Source of the DNA: Lawsonibacter sp.
GTDB taxonomy: Bacteria; Bacillota; Clostridia; Oscillospirales; Oscillospiraceae
DNA: 64,000 nt
Direction: 5' to 3'
Assembly: GCA_022791995.1 (NCBI GenBank)
Contig: JAAWAD010000090.1
Location: 2,277-66,276 of the forward strand
Shown here: positions 9,507 to 19,870 of the stretch, in pieces
Numbering within the stretch: position 1 is the stretch's first letter
Layout of the letters: every line of letters starts with the position of its first letter
Translations under genes and position numbers: made by a program
The notes under the pieces: generated by a model
Told to the model about the DNA's origin: nothing
What the model saw: the letters and a program-made list of their open reading frames with translations, nothing else
Database searches by the model: none

Positions 9507-9822
9507 GGCTCCTCCTCCTTTTTCTCCAGTATACCCCGCTCTGCTTTTGCCGTCCAGCGATTTTGGACAGGTGGTCGTTTTTGCGGGATACCTGGTTCCG
9601 ATGCAGCGCCATAGAGCAAGGGGCGTATGTCGGTTGGACGCGCAATTTTTTCACGGGAAAGTGGGTGAAGATGCTGGAAATCCCTTTACTTTTTTTCATT
9701 GTGTGGTAAAATAACCTTAATGTCGGCTTTTGAGATGGGGCAGACTGGGGGATATCCCCCAGTTCACATCCTGTAGGATGTGAACCTTCTCGGTGCCTGC
9801 TATATGTGAAGGGAGAATGATT

Positions 9823-12800
9823 ATGAAGAAACGACTTCTCAGCAGCCTGCTTGCCGCATGTGTACTGCTGAGCCTGCTGCCGGTCAGTGTGCTGGCGGCG
9901 GAAGAGGGAGACGTGCCCTATGCAGAAGAGGAGGAGGTGACAGCCGTCTATTTGACGGAGGAGGAGCAAGAGCTTTACGATGAACTGCTCTCGGATCGCC
10001 TTATGCTTATGCTGGCCGGTATGGATTATGAGGCGAGCGTGTACAGTACCGGCGCCAACATTGCCGGAAACCGGCTTACTGGCGATAGTAAGACGGTTTA
10101 TGATGCAGTGGCAGCAAAGCTTACCGGTGAAAATGGTATTGCTGCACAAGGTGGATCGACGAAATTTACAGTGAGTGGAGTTACGAGCTTTGATAAAGAT
10201 AGTGCAGGAAAAGTTTGGGATGCACTGTGCTTCGATCATCCATATGAAATGTACTGGCGCGGTTTATCTTATTCCTACGGCTGTGGTAACGGCACAGCGA
10301 TTTTTAACATTGCGGTCAGTAAGGACTACAAAGGTGCTGACGATCATACAGTTGATCCAACTAAGGCACAGGCAGCGTCACAGACCATTACAAGTGCGCA
10401 AGGAAATGCGAAAAAAATACTGAACACAGCAGGAAGCTTAAGCAATGACCTTGAGAAGCTGGTCTACTTTAAAGAGGCCATCTGTGAACTGGTAGCTTAT
10501 AATACATCAGCGGCTGGTTGGGGTAATGACCAGTATGGTGATCCATGGCAGCTGATTTATGTATTTGATGGTAACAGTACTACAGACGTGGTCTGCGAGG
10601 GTTACTCCAAAGCGTTCCAATATCTATGCGATAGCACTACTTTTACCGGTCCAGTCCAGTGCTACACCGTCAGCGGACAAATGAATGGTGGCAACCATAT
10701 GTGGAACATTGTCACCCTTGATGGCACTACCTATTACTTGGCTGACGTGACAAACTGTGATGGGCTTACAATAACAGCTACTCCGACAGAAGGAGGTACC
10801 TCGTATAGTAGTTCCTATAGCTCTGGATACCCATACGACCTGTTTTTAGTTGGTGCCTCTGGCAATCCTCAAAACGGATATACAGTTACTACAACTTTGG
10901 CTAAGCTCATGATTACAGAGAATAGTTTTTCTATCTCTAAAAAAGAAGCAAAAGGAATTTCCTATACCTATGACTCCGATCCTTTGTGGGGAAATGATGT
11001 TTTAACCTTGGCAAATGAATCATATCCCATTGATTTCTACAAAATTGGAGAATCTGAGCTGTATGCAGGGACAACATATACATGGGAACCGCTCTTGAAA
11101 CAGGGATTCACGTTTGCAGCTGCGGCTACATCCGGCAGCTTTGCTTTGCCCGCAGATGTCTCGATTGCTCAAGATGGAACGATTACCTATACACCCACTG
11201 CGGCAAAGGATAGCACAACGGATATCATAATTGCGGCAAAGTATGGAACAAACGAGTATCCGTATTATTACACGCTTACCCTTCCCAAGGTGGTACAGGC
11301 GAAAGAGAAACCGACTTGTACTGCCCCCACCGGCTTGACTGCGGCGGCTGGCAGCCTATTGTCCAGTGTTGCATTAACGAATCCTTCTGGGAACACGGAA
11401 GGAACCTGGACCTGGGCTGACCCGAGTCAAAATGTTGGCACTGTTGTAGGTGCACAGACGTTCAAGGCCACATTTACGCCGGCAGATACAAGTCAGTACC
11501 AGACGGTCACAGGTATTGATGTGACGGTCATCGTTACAAAACCGATCAGTCAATGCACAATCAGTGACATTGCCGCTCTGACCTATAACGGCGATACGCA
11601 TACCCCTGTTGTCACAGTCAAGGACGGCAGCAAGAGCTTGACAGAGGGGACAGACTATACCGTTACATACAGCGATAATGTCAATGCCGGAACGAATACA
11701 GCAAAGGTAACGATTACCGGTGAGGGGAACTACACTGGTTCAGCTGAAAAGACATTTACAATTCATAAGGCGGAGATTCCCACCTTTACACCCAGCGGAA
11801 TATCCACAACTGTAACAGTTGGAGCAGCTTACCCCACAACAGATACAAGCGCCACAGCCACCGGCGTGAAAAGTGACACCATCGCCGGTACACTGGCATG
11901 GTTTACAGATGAGGCGCACCAAAATGCGGCAAGCGGAACATTTGCCGCAGCTGGAACGACAACGCTGTACTGGACGTTTACACCAACCAACAGCCAAAAC
12001 TATAACCCCAAAAGCGGCAGTACCGCTTTCACGGTTAGCAGCAAGCCCACCCTAACGGTTACGGTTACAGACCCCGGTGCAAAGACCTATGGGGATGCAG
12101 CGTTCGCTCTCGCGGTTGCAGTGACTGACAAGGATGGTGTAGCTGTTTCCAATTCTGCACTGACTTACAAGGCCGACAACAGCGGCACGGTTTCCGTTGA
12201 TGCAAACGGTCAAGCGACAATCCATAAGGCAGGCACCGCAACCATTACCGTGACAGCAACGCCGGCAGCGGACAGTGAGTATGCCGCCGGTACTGGTCAG
12301 GTTACAATCCAAGTCGCAAAGAAAAGTGTTGTCGTTACCGCTGATAACAAGACAAAGTGCTACGGTGAAGAAAATCCTGCGCTTACCTTTACTGTACCCG
12401 AAGGGGCGTTAGTGGGGACTGATACGAAGGATTCCTTGGGCGTGACCTTAAGCTGTGCCGCAACCGCTACTTCTCCCGCCGGAACCACTGTGGATATCAC
12501 AGGCACAGCGGTCTCTGACAATTACGATGTCACTGTCACTAAGGGTACTTTGACCATCGAGAAGGCAACATATGCTGCCCCCGCTGCCCCGACCGCAGCG
12601 GACGAAAATATCAAGGATACCAGCATTACGCTGACGGCCATTGAGGGCGCGGAATATAGCAAAAATGGTACCGACTGGCAGGACAGCGCTGTGTTTACCG
12701 GTTTGACGCCCAACACAGAGTATACCTTCTATACCCGTATGAAGGCGGACAGCAACCACAACGCATCTGCAAGCAGCGCTGGAGCGAGGATCAAAACAAA

Positions 12801-15546
12801 GAAAACCATGCTGGACAACGCGGCTGTAGCGGTTGGCCCTGGCCCGTACATCTATACCGGCCAGGCGCAGACGCCAGAAGTCACTGTGACATTGAACGGA
12901 ACCGCGCTGACGGAGGACACAGACTATACTGTGGCCTACACTGACAACGTCAATGCCGGAACCGCCACCGTGACGGTCACAGCCACAGAGAGCGGAAACT
13001 ATTCCGGCACAAAGACGGCTGTGTTCACAATCTCTCCGAAGGATATTTCGAGTGCAGACATTGAGGCGATTCCATCGCAGACTTATACAGGTTCGCCAAT
13101 TACCCCTGCGGTTACAGTCAAGGACGGCGAGAAGGTGCTGACCTCCGGAACGGATTATACTGTGACCTATGCCGACAACAAAGACGTTGGCACTGCCGCT
13201 GTGACCGTTACTGGCACAGGGAATTACACCGGCACCAAAACAGGCAGCTTTACAATTACCCAGAAGACTCCCGCAGCGCAGACCGCAGAGACCCCTTTGC
13301 AGACGGTGAGCGGAAAAACAGCAGTGGTTGATTTGTCCGCGCTGGTTCCGGCGGACAGCGGCGGAGGAGCTGTCTATACAGCGGGTGCCGAGCCCACTCA
13401 TGCAGCAGCCACGCTTGGCGAAGACGGAAAGCTGACGCTGACCTATAAGGAGGAGGGGGAGGTTCCCACCTCTGAATCGCTTACTATTACAGTCAGCGGT
13501 ATGAAGAACTACAGTGATCTTACCATCACTGTGACCATCCAGTACACATCGAAGGAGGTTTTGACCCTTACCGTTACGCCTCCTGCAAACCTGACCTATG
13601 ATGGAACGGAAAAGAGTGTGTCTGTGACCAGCACCGGAAGCTATGATGGAGAATATACGTATACCTACACCAACGCCGCCGGAGAAACCGTGGCTGCTCT
13701 GAAACACGCAGGTACTTATACCGTAAAGGTTTCTGTTCCCGCTGATGTTGAGGAGTTTGCCGGCACTGCCACCACAGCGGTTATCATCGTCCCGGCCCGC
13801 GTTACCGTCACGGGAAAAACCTTGACAATCAAAGCTGGTGAGGCCGTTCCTGCTGTACTCTATGATGTAGCCGGAGTGGTGGACGGGGATACCTTGGCCC
13901 CTGCGCCCACGGCGACCTGCGACGCGCCGAATCCCACGACAGAGGGAAGTTATACCATCACCGTTACAGGTGCAGCGCTCTCTTCTGACGGCAACTACAG
14001 CGTTACCTACAGCAATGGTACGCTGACGGTAGAGGCGGCGGCGCCGGTTATCCCGGATACAGTCGCCACACCTGCGGCCAGCCCCAACGGCGGCAGCTTT
14101 ACCGGTAGCCAAAGCGTGACATTGACCTGTACAACCGCTGGAGCCACCATTTACTACACCATTGATGGGACGGCACCGGCAGCGAGCAGCACAGAATATA
14201 CAGGCGCCATCACACTGACTGCTACGACGACCATTAAGGCAGTGGCAATTAAGGATGGCGCAAGCAGCGCTGTACTGACCGTGACCTTTACCCGCAGCAT
14301 ACCTGGCACACCCTCGGTACCGAGCACGCCCAGCACACCCAGTACGCCCGGTACACCCAGTGGATCCGGGGGCGGAAGTGACAGCGACAGCGGGTATGAC
14401 TCCATCAATCACAATGTATCCACCAGCACCACCGGCGGCAGCACCGCTTCCCCCAGCACCATCACAACCGTGACCCCGAACACCACGGTCAGCGGGGGAA
14501 CCGCTTCCACCAAGGTGAGCGCCAGTGACATTGCAGAGGCCATCTCCCAGGCCCGCTCTCGGGGCAGCGAAAGTGTGGTCATTGCTCCCAAGGGTTCTGG
14601 CGATGCAGACCGCAATGAAGTCACCATTCCCGCCGGTTCTGTGGGACAAATAGGCAGCCGCACCGATGCTGACTTGATGGTCAAAACCCCGGCGGCTGAT
14701 GTGACCATTCCCAACGGCAGGTTGGGCGAGCTCTCCCGTGCGGGCGGTTCTGTGATTATCTCCACAGAGCGCACCGGGAGCGGCATTGATTTTACCATCA
14801 CCGCAGGCGGCTCTAACGTAAACAGTATCAGCGGCGGTGTGATCCTCAGTGTTACACATCGGGGCGCAGACACCGGCACCGTTGCAGTGCTGGTCAGCCC
14901 GGACGGCACCCGCGAGGTGATTCGCAAGTCCTTCGCTGTAGACGGCACAATGAATATCCCTGTCAACGGTTCTGCGCGTGTGGAAATCATGGACAACAGC
15001 AAGTATTTCCGCGACGTGCCCTCCACCAGCTGGGCGGCAGAGGCGGTGGCCTTTGCCAGCAGCCATGAGCTTTTCAGCGGTACAGGGGAAAGTACATTTT
15101 CTCCTGATACAAGCATGACAAGGGGGATGCTGGCGGCGGTTCTCCACAATCTGGAGGGCAATCCTAACAGTGTCCGCGGCGTTGACTTTTCGGACGTTGC
15201 CAGCAGTATGTATTATGCAAAGGCTGTGACCTGGGCAGCGGAGAGAGGGATTGTCTCTGGCTATGCCAATGGTACCTTTGGCCCGGACGACAGCATTACC
15301 CGGGAACAGCTGGCGCTGATGCTCTATCGGGCTGCGGGCAGCCCCGCCGTGAACTCCAGCCGCACATCACGCTTTGACGATTCCGGCGCGGTCAGCAGCT
15401 ATGCCAGAACGGCGCTGGATTGGGCAGTGGAAAATGGTATTATGAGCGGTATGGGAAATAATACCCTGAATCCTCAGGGGCAGGCAACGCGCGCCCAGGT
15501 GGCTGCGATGCTGAAAAGCTATGTAGAGAAGCAATTCAACCCATAA
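9823..15546 (+). CDS. Large SLH-anchored surface protein: transglutaminase-like domain, Ig-like/MBG/Fn3 repeats, three SLH domains
   Basis: Signal peptide MKKRLLS...VLA; VVCEGYSKAF/HMWNIV/LADVT Cys-His-Asp triad; repeated GTDYTVTY.DN..AGTA units; IYYTIDG Fn3-associated motif; SLH motifs MTRGM, ITREQ, ATRAQ. Alternative ATG at 9817. Confidence 0.9.
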   Translation: MKKRLLSSLLAACVLLSLLPVSVLAAEEGDVPYAEEEEVTAVYLTEEEQELYDELLSDRLMLMLAGMDYEASVYSTGANIAGNRLTGDSKTVYDAVAAKLTGENGIAAQGGSTKFTVSGVTSFDKDSAGKVWDALCFDHPYEMYWRGLSYSYGCGNGTAIFNIAVSKDYKGADDHTVDPTKAQAASQTITSAQGNAKKILNTAGSLSNDLEKLVYFKEAICELVAYNTSAAGWGNDQYGDPWQLIYVFDGNSTTDVVCEGYSKAFQYLCDSTTFTGPVQCYTVSGQMNGGNHMWNIVTLDGTTYYLADVTNCDGLTITATPTEGGTSYSSSYSSGYPYDLFLVGASGNPQNGYTVTTTLAKLMITENSFSISKKEAKGISYTYDSDPLWGNDVLTLANESYPIDFYKIGESELYAGTTYTWEPLLKQGFTFAAAATSGSFALPADVSIAQDGTITYTPTAAKDSTTDIIIAAKYGTNEYPYYYTLTLPKVVQAKEKPTCTAPTGLTAAAGSLLSSVALTNPSGNTEGTWTWADPSQNVGTVVGAQTFKATFTPADTSQYQTVTGIDVTVIVTKPISQCTISDIAALTYNGDTHTPVVTVKDGSKSLTEGTDYTVTYSDNVNAGTNTAKVTITGEGNYTGSAEKTFTIHKAEIPTFTPSGISTTVTVGAAYPTTDTSATATGVKSDTIAGTLAWFTDEAHQNAASGTFAAAGTTTLYWTFTPTNSQNYNPKSGSTAFTVSSKPTLTVTVTDPGAKTYGDAAFALAVAVTDKDGVAVSNSALTYKADNSGTVSVDANGQATIHKAGTATITVTATPAADSEYAAGTGQVTIQVAKKSVVVTADNKTKCYGEENPALTFTVPEGALVGTDTKDSLGVTLSCAATATSPAGTTVDITGTAVSDNYDVTVTKGTLTIEKATYAAPAAPTAADENIKDTSITLTAIEGAEYSKNGTDWQDSAVFTGLTPNTEYTFYTRMKADSNHNASASSAGARIKTKKTMLDNAAVAVGPGPYIYTGQAQTPEVTVTLNGTALTEDTDYTVAYTDNVNAGTATVTVTATESGNYSGTKTAVFTISPKDISSADIEAIPSQTYTGSPITPAVTVKDGEKVLTSGTDYTVTYADNKDVGTAAVTVTGTGNYTGTKTGSFTITQKTPAAQTAETPLQTVSGKTAVVDLSALVPADSGGGAVYTAGAEPTHAAATLGEDGKLTLTYKEEGEVPTSESLTITVSGMKNYSDLTITVTIQYTSKEVLTLTVTPPANLTYDGTEKSVSVTSTGSYDGEYTYTYTNAAGETVAALKHAGTYTVKVSVPADVEEFAGTATTAVIIVPARVTVTGKTLTIKAGEAVPAVLYDVAGVVDGDTLAPAPTATCDAPNPTTEGSYTITVTGAALSSDGNYSVTYSNGTLTVEAAAPVIPDTVATPAASPNGGSFTGSQSVTLTCTTAGATIYYTIDGTAPAASSTEYTGAITLTATTTIKAVAIKDGASSAVLTVTFTRSIPGTPSVPSTPSTPSTPGTPSGSGGGSDSDSGYDSINHNVSTSTTGGSTASPSTITTVTPNTTVSGGTASTKVSASDIAEAISQARSRGSESVVIAPKGSGDADRNEVTIPAGSVGQIGSRTDADLMVKTPAADVTIPNGRLGELSRAGGSVIISTERTGSGIDFTITAGGSNVNSISGGVILSVTHRGADTGTVAVLVSPDGTREVIRKSFAVDGTMNIPVNGSARVEIMDNSKYFRDVPSTSWAAEAVAFASSHELFSGTGESTFSPDTSMTRGMLAAVLHNLEGNPNSVRGVDFSDVASSMYYAKAVTWAAERGIVSGYANGTFGPDDSITREQLALMLYRAAGSPAVNSSRTSRFDDSGAVSSYARTALDWAVENGIMSGMGNNTLNPQGQATRAQVAAMLKSYVEKQFNP
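11581..13260 (+). repeat. Three intragenic ~60-aa Ig-like repeats (near 11581, 12853, 13084)
   Basis: Y.G...TP.VTV..G..LT..TDYTV.Y.DN...GTA.VT.T..GNY.G recurs three times. Confidence 0.8.
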
Positions 15547-15614
15547 GCGTCCAAACAAAAGCCAGTGGGATTTTCAGAGCGATAAGCCGAACGCAGCTTT
15601 TTCTGGAATTCTAA

Positions 15615-15643
15615 TTGACAAGAGGGCAAAAATCTCATACAAT
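15615..15643 (+). promoter_or_regulatory. SigA promoter of NhaC-family gene
   Basis: TTGACA-N17-TACAAT. Confidence 0.8.
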
Positions 15644-15676
15644 GGTCAGGAGAAAAGGAGAAAGAAGGCGTTTTTT

Positions 15677-16990
15677 ATGGAAAAGCAAGAGACTCGCAAC
15701 AGCAGATTCTTTGCCCTTCTGCCCATTGGGGTATTTCTGGTGCTGTATCTGGGGTGCGGTATCCTGTTTGAGTACATTCTGAAAATCCCGCAGGGCTTTT
15801 ATCAAACCCCCGCTATTGTTATTTTCCTGATTGCCCTGTTTGTCGCCTGTATGCAGAACCGGGCGCTGGATTTCAACGGCAAACTGAAGGTGATGGCCCA
15901 CGGTGTGGCAGATGAGAACATTTTAACGATGTGCCTGGTGTTCCTGTCGGCAGGGGCCTTCTCCGGGGCGGTATCCGCCGCCGGAGGGGCGGACAGTACC
16001 GTAAACCTGTTTCTCACCTTTCTGCCCAGCCGGGTGGCGGTGGGGGGACTGTTCCTGATCGCCTGCTTTGTCTCCGTGTCGATGGGCACTTCGGTGGGTA
16101 CAATTTCCGCGCTGGCGCCTTTCGCCGTGTCCATGAGCCAGGCCACTGGGTACGAGATGGTGCTTTGCATCGCTGCCGTGGCCTCTGGGGCCATGTTTGG
16201 AGACAACCTTTCCATGATCTCCGACACAACCATTGCTGCTGTCCGCACACAGGGCTGCGAGATGAAGGACAAGTTCCGAATGAACTTTTTGATTGTCCTG
16301 CCTGCCGCTGTTCTCGCCTTTGTGCTGTTTATTGTGCTCACTCCGGCAGGAACCGGCGTGCTGGAGCCCGGCCCCTTCAGTTTTTGGAAGGTACTGCCCT
16401 ACCTGCTGGTTCTGGCGGGAGCCCTGGTGGGCGTCAATGTGTTCCTGATTTTGATTGCCGGGGCTGTGCTCAGCCTGGTGGTGGGAGTGGCCTCCGGGGC
16501 GTTCCCATGGACGCAAGTCTTCTCTGTAATGGGAGACGGAGTCACCGCGATGTACGACATCACCGTTATTTCCATTATTGTGGCCTGTATTGGCGCTCTG
16601 GTTCGGGAATATGGCGGCATCCAGTGGTTGATCTCCTTTGTTCGCAGCCACACCCGGTCCAAGCGCGGGGCGCAGCTGGGGATTGGCGGCCTGGTGGCCG
16701 CGGTGGATGTTGCAGTAGCCAACAACACAGTGGCCATTGTGATGACAGGCTCCATTGCTAAGGACATCAGCGAGGAATTTGGCATTGATCCCCGGCGCAC
16801 GGCCTCTCTGCTGGATATTTTTGCTTCGGTGATGCAGGGTATCATCCCCTTTGGCGCCCAGCTGCTCTATGCCTCCGCCGGCTCCGGTGTACCGGCAGTG
16901 AAGATTATCCCCTATATGTTCTACTGCTATCTGATGGCCCTTTCCGCGATTCTCTTTATTCTGTTTTGGCCGGAAAAGAAGCGGGGCTGA
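15677..16990 (+). CDS. NhaC-family Na+/H+ antiporter-like transporter (possibly amino-acid uptake)
   Basis: MGTSVGT, GAMFGDNLSMISDTTI and ANNTVAI motifs. Confidence 0.88.
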   Translation: MEKQETRNSRFFALLPIGVFLVLYLGCGILFEYILKIPQGFYQTPAIVIFLIALFVACMQNRALDFNGKLKVMAHGVADENILTMCLVFLSAGAFSGAVSAAGGADSTVNLFLTFLPSRVAVGGLFLIACFVSVSMGTSVGTISALAPFAVSMSQATGYEMVLCIAAVASGAMFGDNLSMISDTTIAAVRTQGCEMKDKFRMNFLIVLPAAVLAFVLFIVLTPAGTGVLEPGPFSFWKVLPYLLVLAGALVGVNVFLILIAGAVLSLVVGVASGAFPWTQVFSVMGDGVTAMYDITVISIIVACIGALVREYGGIQWLISFVRSHTRSKRGAQLGIGGLVAAVDVAVANNTVAIVMTGSIAKDISEEFGIDPRRTASLLDIFASVMQGIIPFGAQLLYASAGSGVPAVKIIPYMFYCYLMALSAILFILFWPEKKRG

Positions 16991-17053
16991 TGCCTGCGGT
17001 CCATCCAAGCTTGAAGTATAAACAGAATCCCGGCGCTGTAATTGCAGCAAACT

Positions 17054-17110
17054 GCGGATTCAGGCTTCCCTCTGTCAGAGAGAAGCCTGAATCCGCTTAT
17101 CCTTTTGCTT
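17054..17110. terminator. Long-stem terminator between convergent genes
   Basis: 15-bp stem GCGGATTCAGGCTTC/GAAGCCTGAATCCGC followed by a T-rich tract. Confidence 0.75.
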
Positions 17111-17129
17111 TTGTCTATTTTGTTAGAAT

Positions 17130-18752
17130 TTAGGGTACGTATTTTTTCAGGACTGCCCGGACTGCGCCAGGACCGGCCAGTTCTTCGGCGAAGTAGCCAG
17201 CCACCGTGCCGGACAAGCCGCACTCCGTCAGGTCCACACCAAAGATGGCCTTGTTCTGGAGCAGGGGCTTCAGAGTCAGCTCAATTTCTGCCAGGGGAGG
17301 GACCTGCCCCAGGGTGAAGCCTGCCACGTAGGGCGTTACCTCAGCCAGCATAGGATCAGAGCTGGGGGAGAAGGGCTGTCCCGCATCGTCCACTGCCATC
17401 AGGTAACGCAGCCAGCCTGCGAAGACCAGCGGGATCAGCTTCAGCTCAGAGACAGACAGCTTGTCAGAGGCCATATACGCCTTTATCGTTTCTCCGAAGC
17501 GAATAGACAGCTTCTGAGAGGTGTCCGTGGCAATGCGTTGGGGGGTGTCAGGCATAAAGGGGTTTGGAATACGCTCCTGAACGACCGTGTCAATAAAAGC
17601 TTTCGGGTCCAGTACGCCGGGGTTGACCACCACGGGCAGCCCCTCATGATAGCCGATTGTCTTTACCAGGGACAGCAGCTGGGGATCCTTCATTTCCTCA
17701 GAAATTTTTGTAAAGCCCAGCAGGCAGCCATAGATAGCCAGGGCGGTGTGCAGGGGGTTGAGACAGGTACAGACTTTCATCCGCTCCACCTTGTTTACTG
17801 TATCCCGGTCGGTGAAGATGACCCCTACCTCCTCCAGAGCCGGGCGGCCGTTGGGAAACTTGTCCTCAATAACCAGATACTCGCTCTCCTCGGCGTTGAC
17901 AAAGGGGGCCACATAGGTGTTCTTGGATGTGACCACCGGATCCAGATCCTCCAGGCCGTCCCTGCGGAGGATCTCTTCCACAGAGCTGTCGGGCCGGGGA
18001 GTGATCTTGTCGATCATGGACCAGGGAAAGCTGACTCGCTTCTCGTCCTGAATGTAGTCCAGGAAGCCCTGGTCGGCCAGGCCGTTCTTCACCCACTGTT
18101 CGGCAAAGGCGGTCACTGCGGCAGACAGCTTATCGCCATTGTGTGAACAGTTGTCGGTGCTGACCATGGCGATGGGAGCGGCACCGGCCCGATAGCGAGT
18201 GTGCAGGAGAGACGTCACCTTGCCGATATAGCTGTCCGGCTTGGCTGGGCCGCCAGCAAAATCCGCCGAGACGGCAGGCAGCTGGTTCCCCTTGCCGTCC
18301 ACCAGACTGTAGCCCTTTTCTGTGATGGTAAAAGTGGCCATCTGGAGGGAGGGATTGGAAAAGATATCCTTCAGGCGGCTGAATTCCGCCGCATCGTCCG
18401 AGTCCAGGATGCAGGACTCCACAATGCTGCCGATGACGGTTTTCTCTACCTGGCCGTCCGATTTCAGGGTGACAAGCACAGACAGATTGTCATGCTCCCG
18501 GTACTGCTTCTCGATAATCTCATAGTCGAAGCCCTCCACCACGGTGAGTCCCCGGTCCATTTTCCCCTGATTCAGCATCCGTTGGGCTAGGTTGGCCTGA
18601 AAGGCCCGGAAAATATTCCCGGCACCAAAATGGACCCAGACCGGATGTTCCCTGGTAGCCGCTTCTACCTTGGACCGGGAGAAGGCGGGCAGGGCGTAGC
18701 CTGCATCGCGCCAGATTTTCGGCTCTGACAAACCGGCGTTGCTCAGCTTCAT
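17130..18752 (-). CDS. Mannitol dehydrogenase-family oxidoreductase (probable D-mannonate/fructuronate oxidoreductase)
   Basis: VHFGAGNIFRA, FTITEKGY, DNCSHNG, MIDKITP and K...LNPLH motifs; follows uxuA; start at 18752. Confidence 0.85.
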   Translation of the reverse strand: MKLSNAGLSEPKIWRDAGYALPAFSRSKVEAATREHPVWVHFGAGNIFRAFQANLAQRMLNQGKMDRGLTVVEGFDYEIIEKQYREHDNLSVLVTLKSDGQVEKTVIGSIVESCILDSDDAAEFSRLKDIFSNPSLQMATFTITEKGYSLVDGKGNQLPAVSADFAGGPAKPDSYIGKVTSLLHTRYRAGAAPIAMVSTDNCSHNGDKLSAAVTAFAEQWVKNGLADQGFLDYIQDEKRVSFPWSMIDKITPRPDSSVEEILRRDGLEDLDPVVTSKNTYVAPFVNAEESEYLVIEDKFPNGRPALEEVGVIFTDRDTVNKVERMKVCTCLNPLHTALAIYGCLLGFTKISEEMKDPQLLSLVKTIGYHEGLPVVVNPGVLDPKAFIDTVVQERIPNPFMPDTPQRIATDTSQKLSIRFGETIKAYMASDKLSVSELKLIPLVFAGWLRYLMAVDDAGQPFSPSSDPMLAEVTPYVAGFTLGQVPPLAEIELTLKPLLQNKAIFGVDLTECGLSGTVAGYFAEELAGPGAVRAVLKKYVP

Positions 18753-18757
18753 ACAGT

Positions 18758-19846
18758 TCAGACCCCTCTCTGATGGGATTTTTCCACCGCTTCCCAAAGG
18801 CCGTTGAGGTAGCAGGCGCCCAGGGCGCGGTCATAGAGTCCATAACCGGGCATTCCCTTCTCATCCCAGATCATCCGGCCGTGGTCGGGTCGAATGGGGC
18901 CGTCAAAGCCGGTTTCGTAGAGGGCTTTTACCATTTCGTACATGTCGAAGGTGCCGTCAGAGGACAGGTGGGCGGACTCCTCAAAATCGTAATTTTCCCG
19001 GGAGATGTCATTAAACTTCAGGTTTCGGACATGGGCAAAGTGGATGCGGCCCTTGAGGGCGCGGATCATGTGCGGAAGGTCGTTTTCCAGGTTGGTGCCA
19101 TAAGAGCCGGAGCAGAAGGTGACCCCGTTGTGAACGTCGTCCACCGCTGCCATAAGACGGAGAATACCCGCTTCGCTGTTGATGATCCGAGTCAGGCCGA
19201 AGACGCTCCAGGCGGGGTCGTCGGGGTGTATGGCCATTTTAATGTCATACTTGTTGCACACAGGCATGATGGCCTTGAGGAAGTAAACCAGATGTTGGAA
19301 GAGCTGCTCCCCGTCCACAGAGCTGTACATGGCAAACAGCTCCTTTACCTTAGCCATTCGCTCCGGCTCCCAGCCGGGCAGGATGGTGCCATTGGACATT
19401 TTCTCCATGGAGGCGGCCATGTTGGCCGGATCAATGGCGTCGATTGCTTTCTGGTTATAGGCCAGCACGGTGGAGCCGTCGGGGCGGACACGGGCCAGCT
19501 CGGTGCGGGTCCAGTCGAAGACGGGCATGAAGTTGTAACATACCAGGCGGATGTCTTCCTTCCCCAGGTTCTCCAACGTCTGAATATAATTGTCGATGTA
19601 CTTGTCCCGGTCGCTGTCTCCCACTTTGATGGAGTCGCACACGTTGACGCTCTCAATGCCGGAGATGTGTAGGCCGGCGGCTTGGACCTCCTCCTTCAGG
19701 GTGCGGATCTTCTCCGGGGCCCACACCTCGCCAGGGGTGGTGTCATAGAGGGTGGTGATGACCCCGGTGACGCCAGGGACCTGACGGATCTGCTTCAAAG
19801 TGACAGTATCGAATTTGGATCCATACCAGCGCATTGTCATTTCCAT
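18758..19846 (-). CDS. uxuA: Mannonate dehydratase
   Basis: MTMRWYG, CYNFMPVFDWTRT, IHPDDP, RPDHG and PGYGLYDRALG motifs. Confidence 0.97.
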   Translation of the reverse strand: MEMTMRWYGSKFDTVTLKQIRQVPGVTGVITTLYDTTPGEVWAPEKIRTLKEEVQAAGLHISGIESVNVCDSIKVGDSDRDKYIDNYIQTLENLGKEDIRLVCYNFMPVFDWTRTELARVRPDGSTVLAYNQKAIDAIDPANMAASMEKMSNGTILPGWEPERMAKVKELFAMYSSVDGEQLFQHLVYFLKAIMPVCNKYDIKMAIHPDDPAWSVFGLTRIINSEAGILRLMAAVDDVHNGVTFCSGSYGTNLENDLPHMIRALKGRIHFAHVRNLKFNDISRENYDFEESAHLSSDGTFDMYEMVKALYETGFDGPIRPDHGRMIWDEKGMPGYGLYDRALGACYLNGLWEAVEKSHQRGV

Positions 19847-19870
19847 TTTGATTCACAACTCCTTTTCGTC

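Noticed and set aside
12448-15147. 899-aa antisense ORF, and similar long ones at 23255-24904, 29079-31286, 32967-34931, 40794-43037 and 46689-48818
   Set aside because: Shadow ORFs opposite well-supported genes; expected from GC-rich codon bias; no recognisable motifs.
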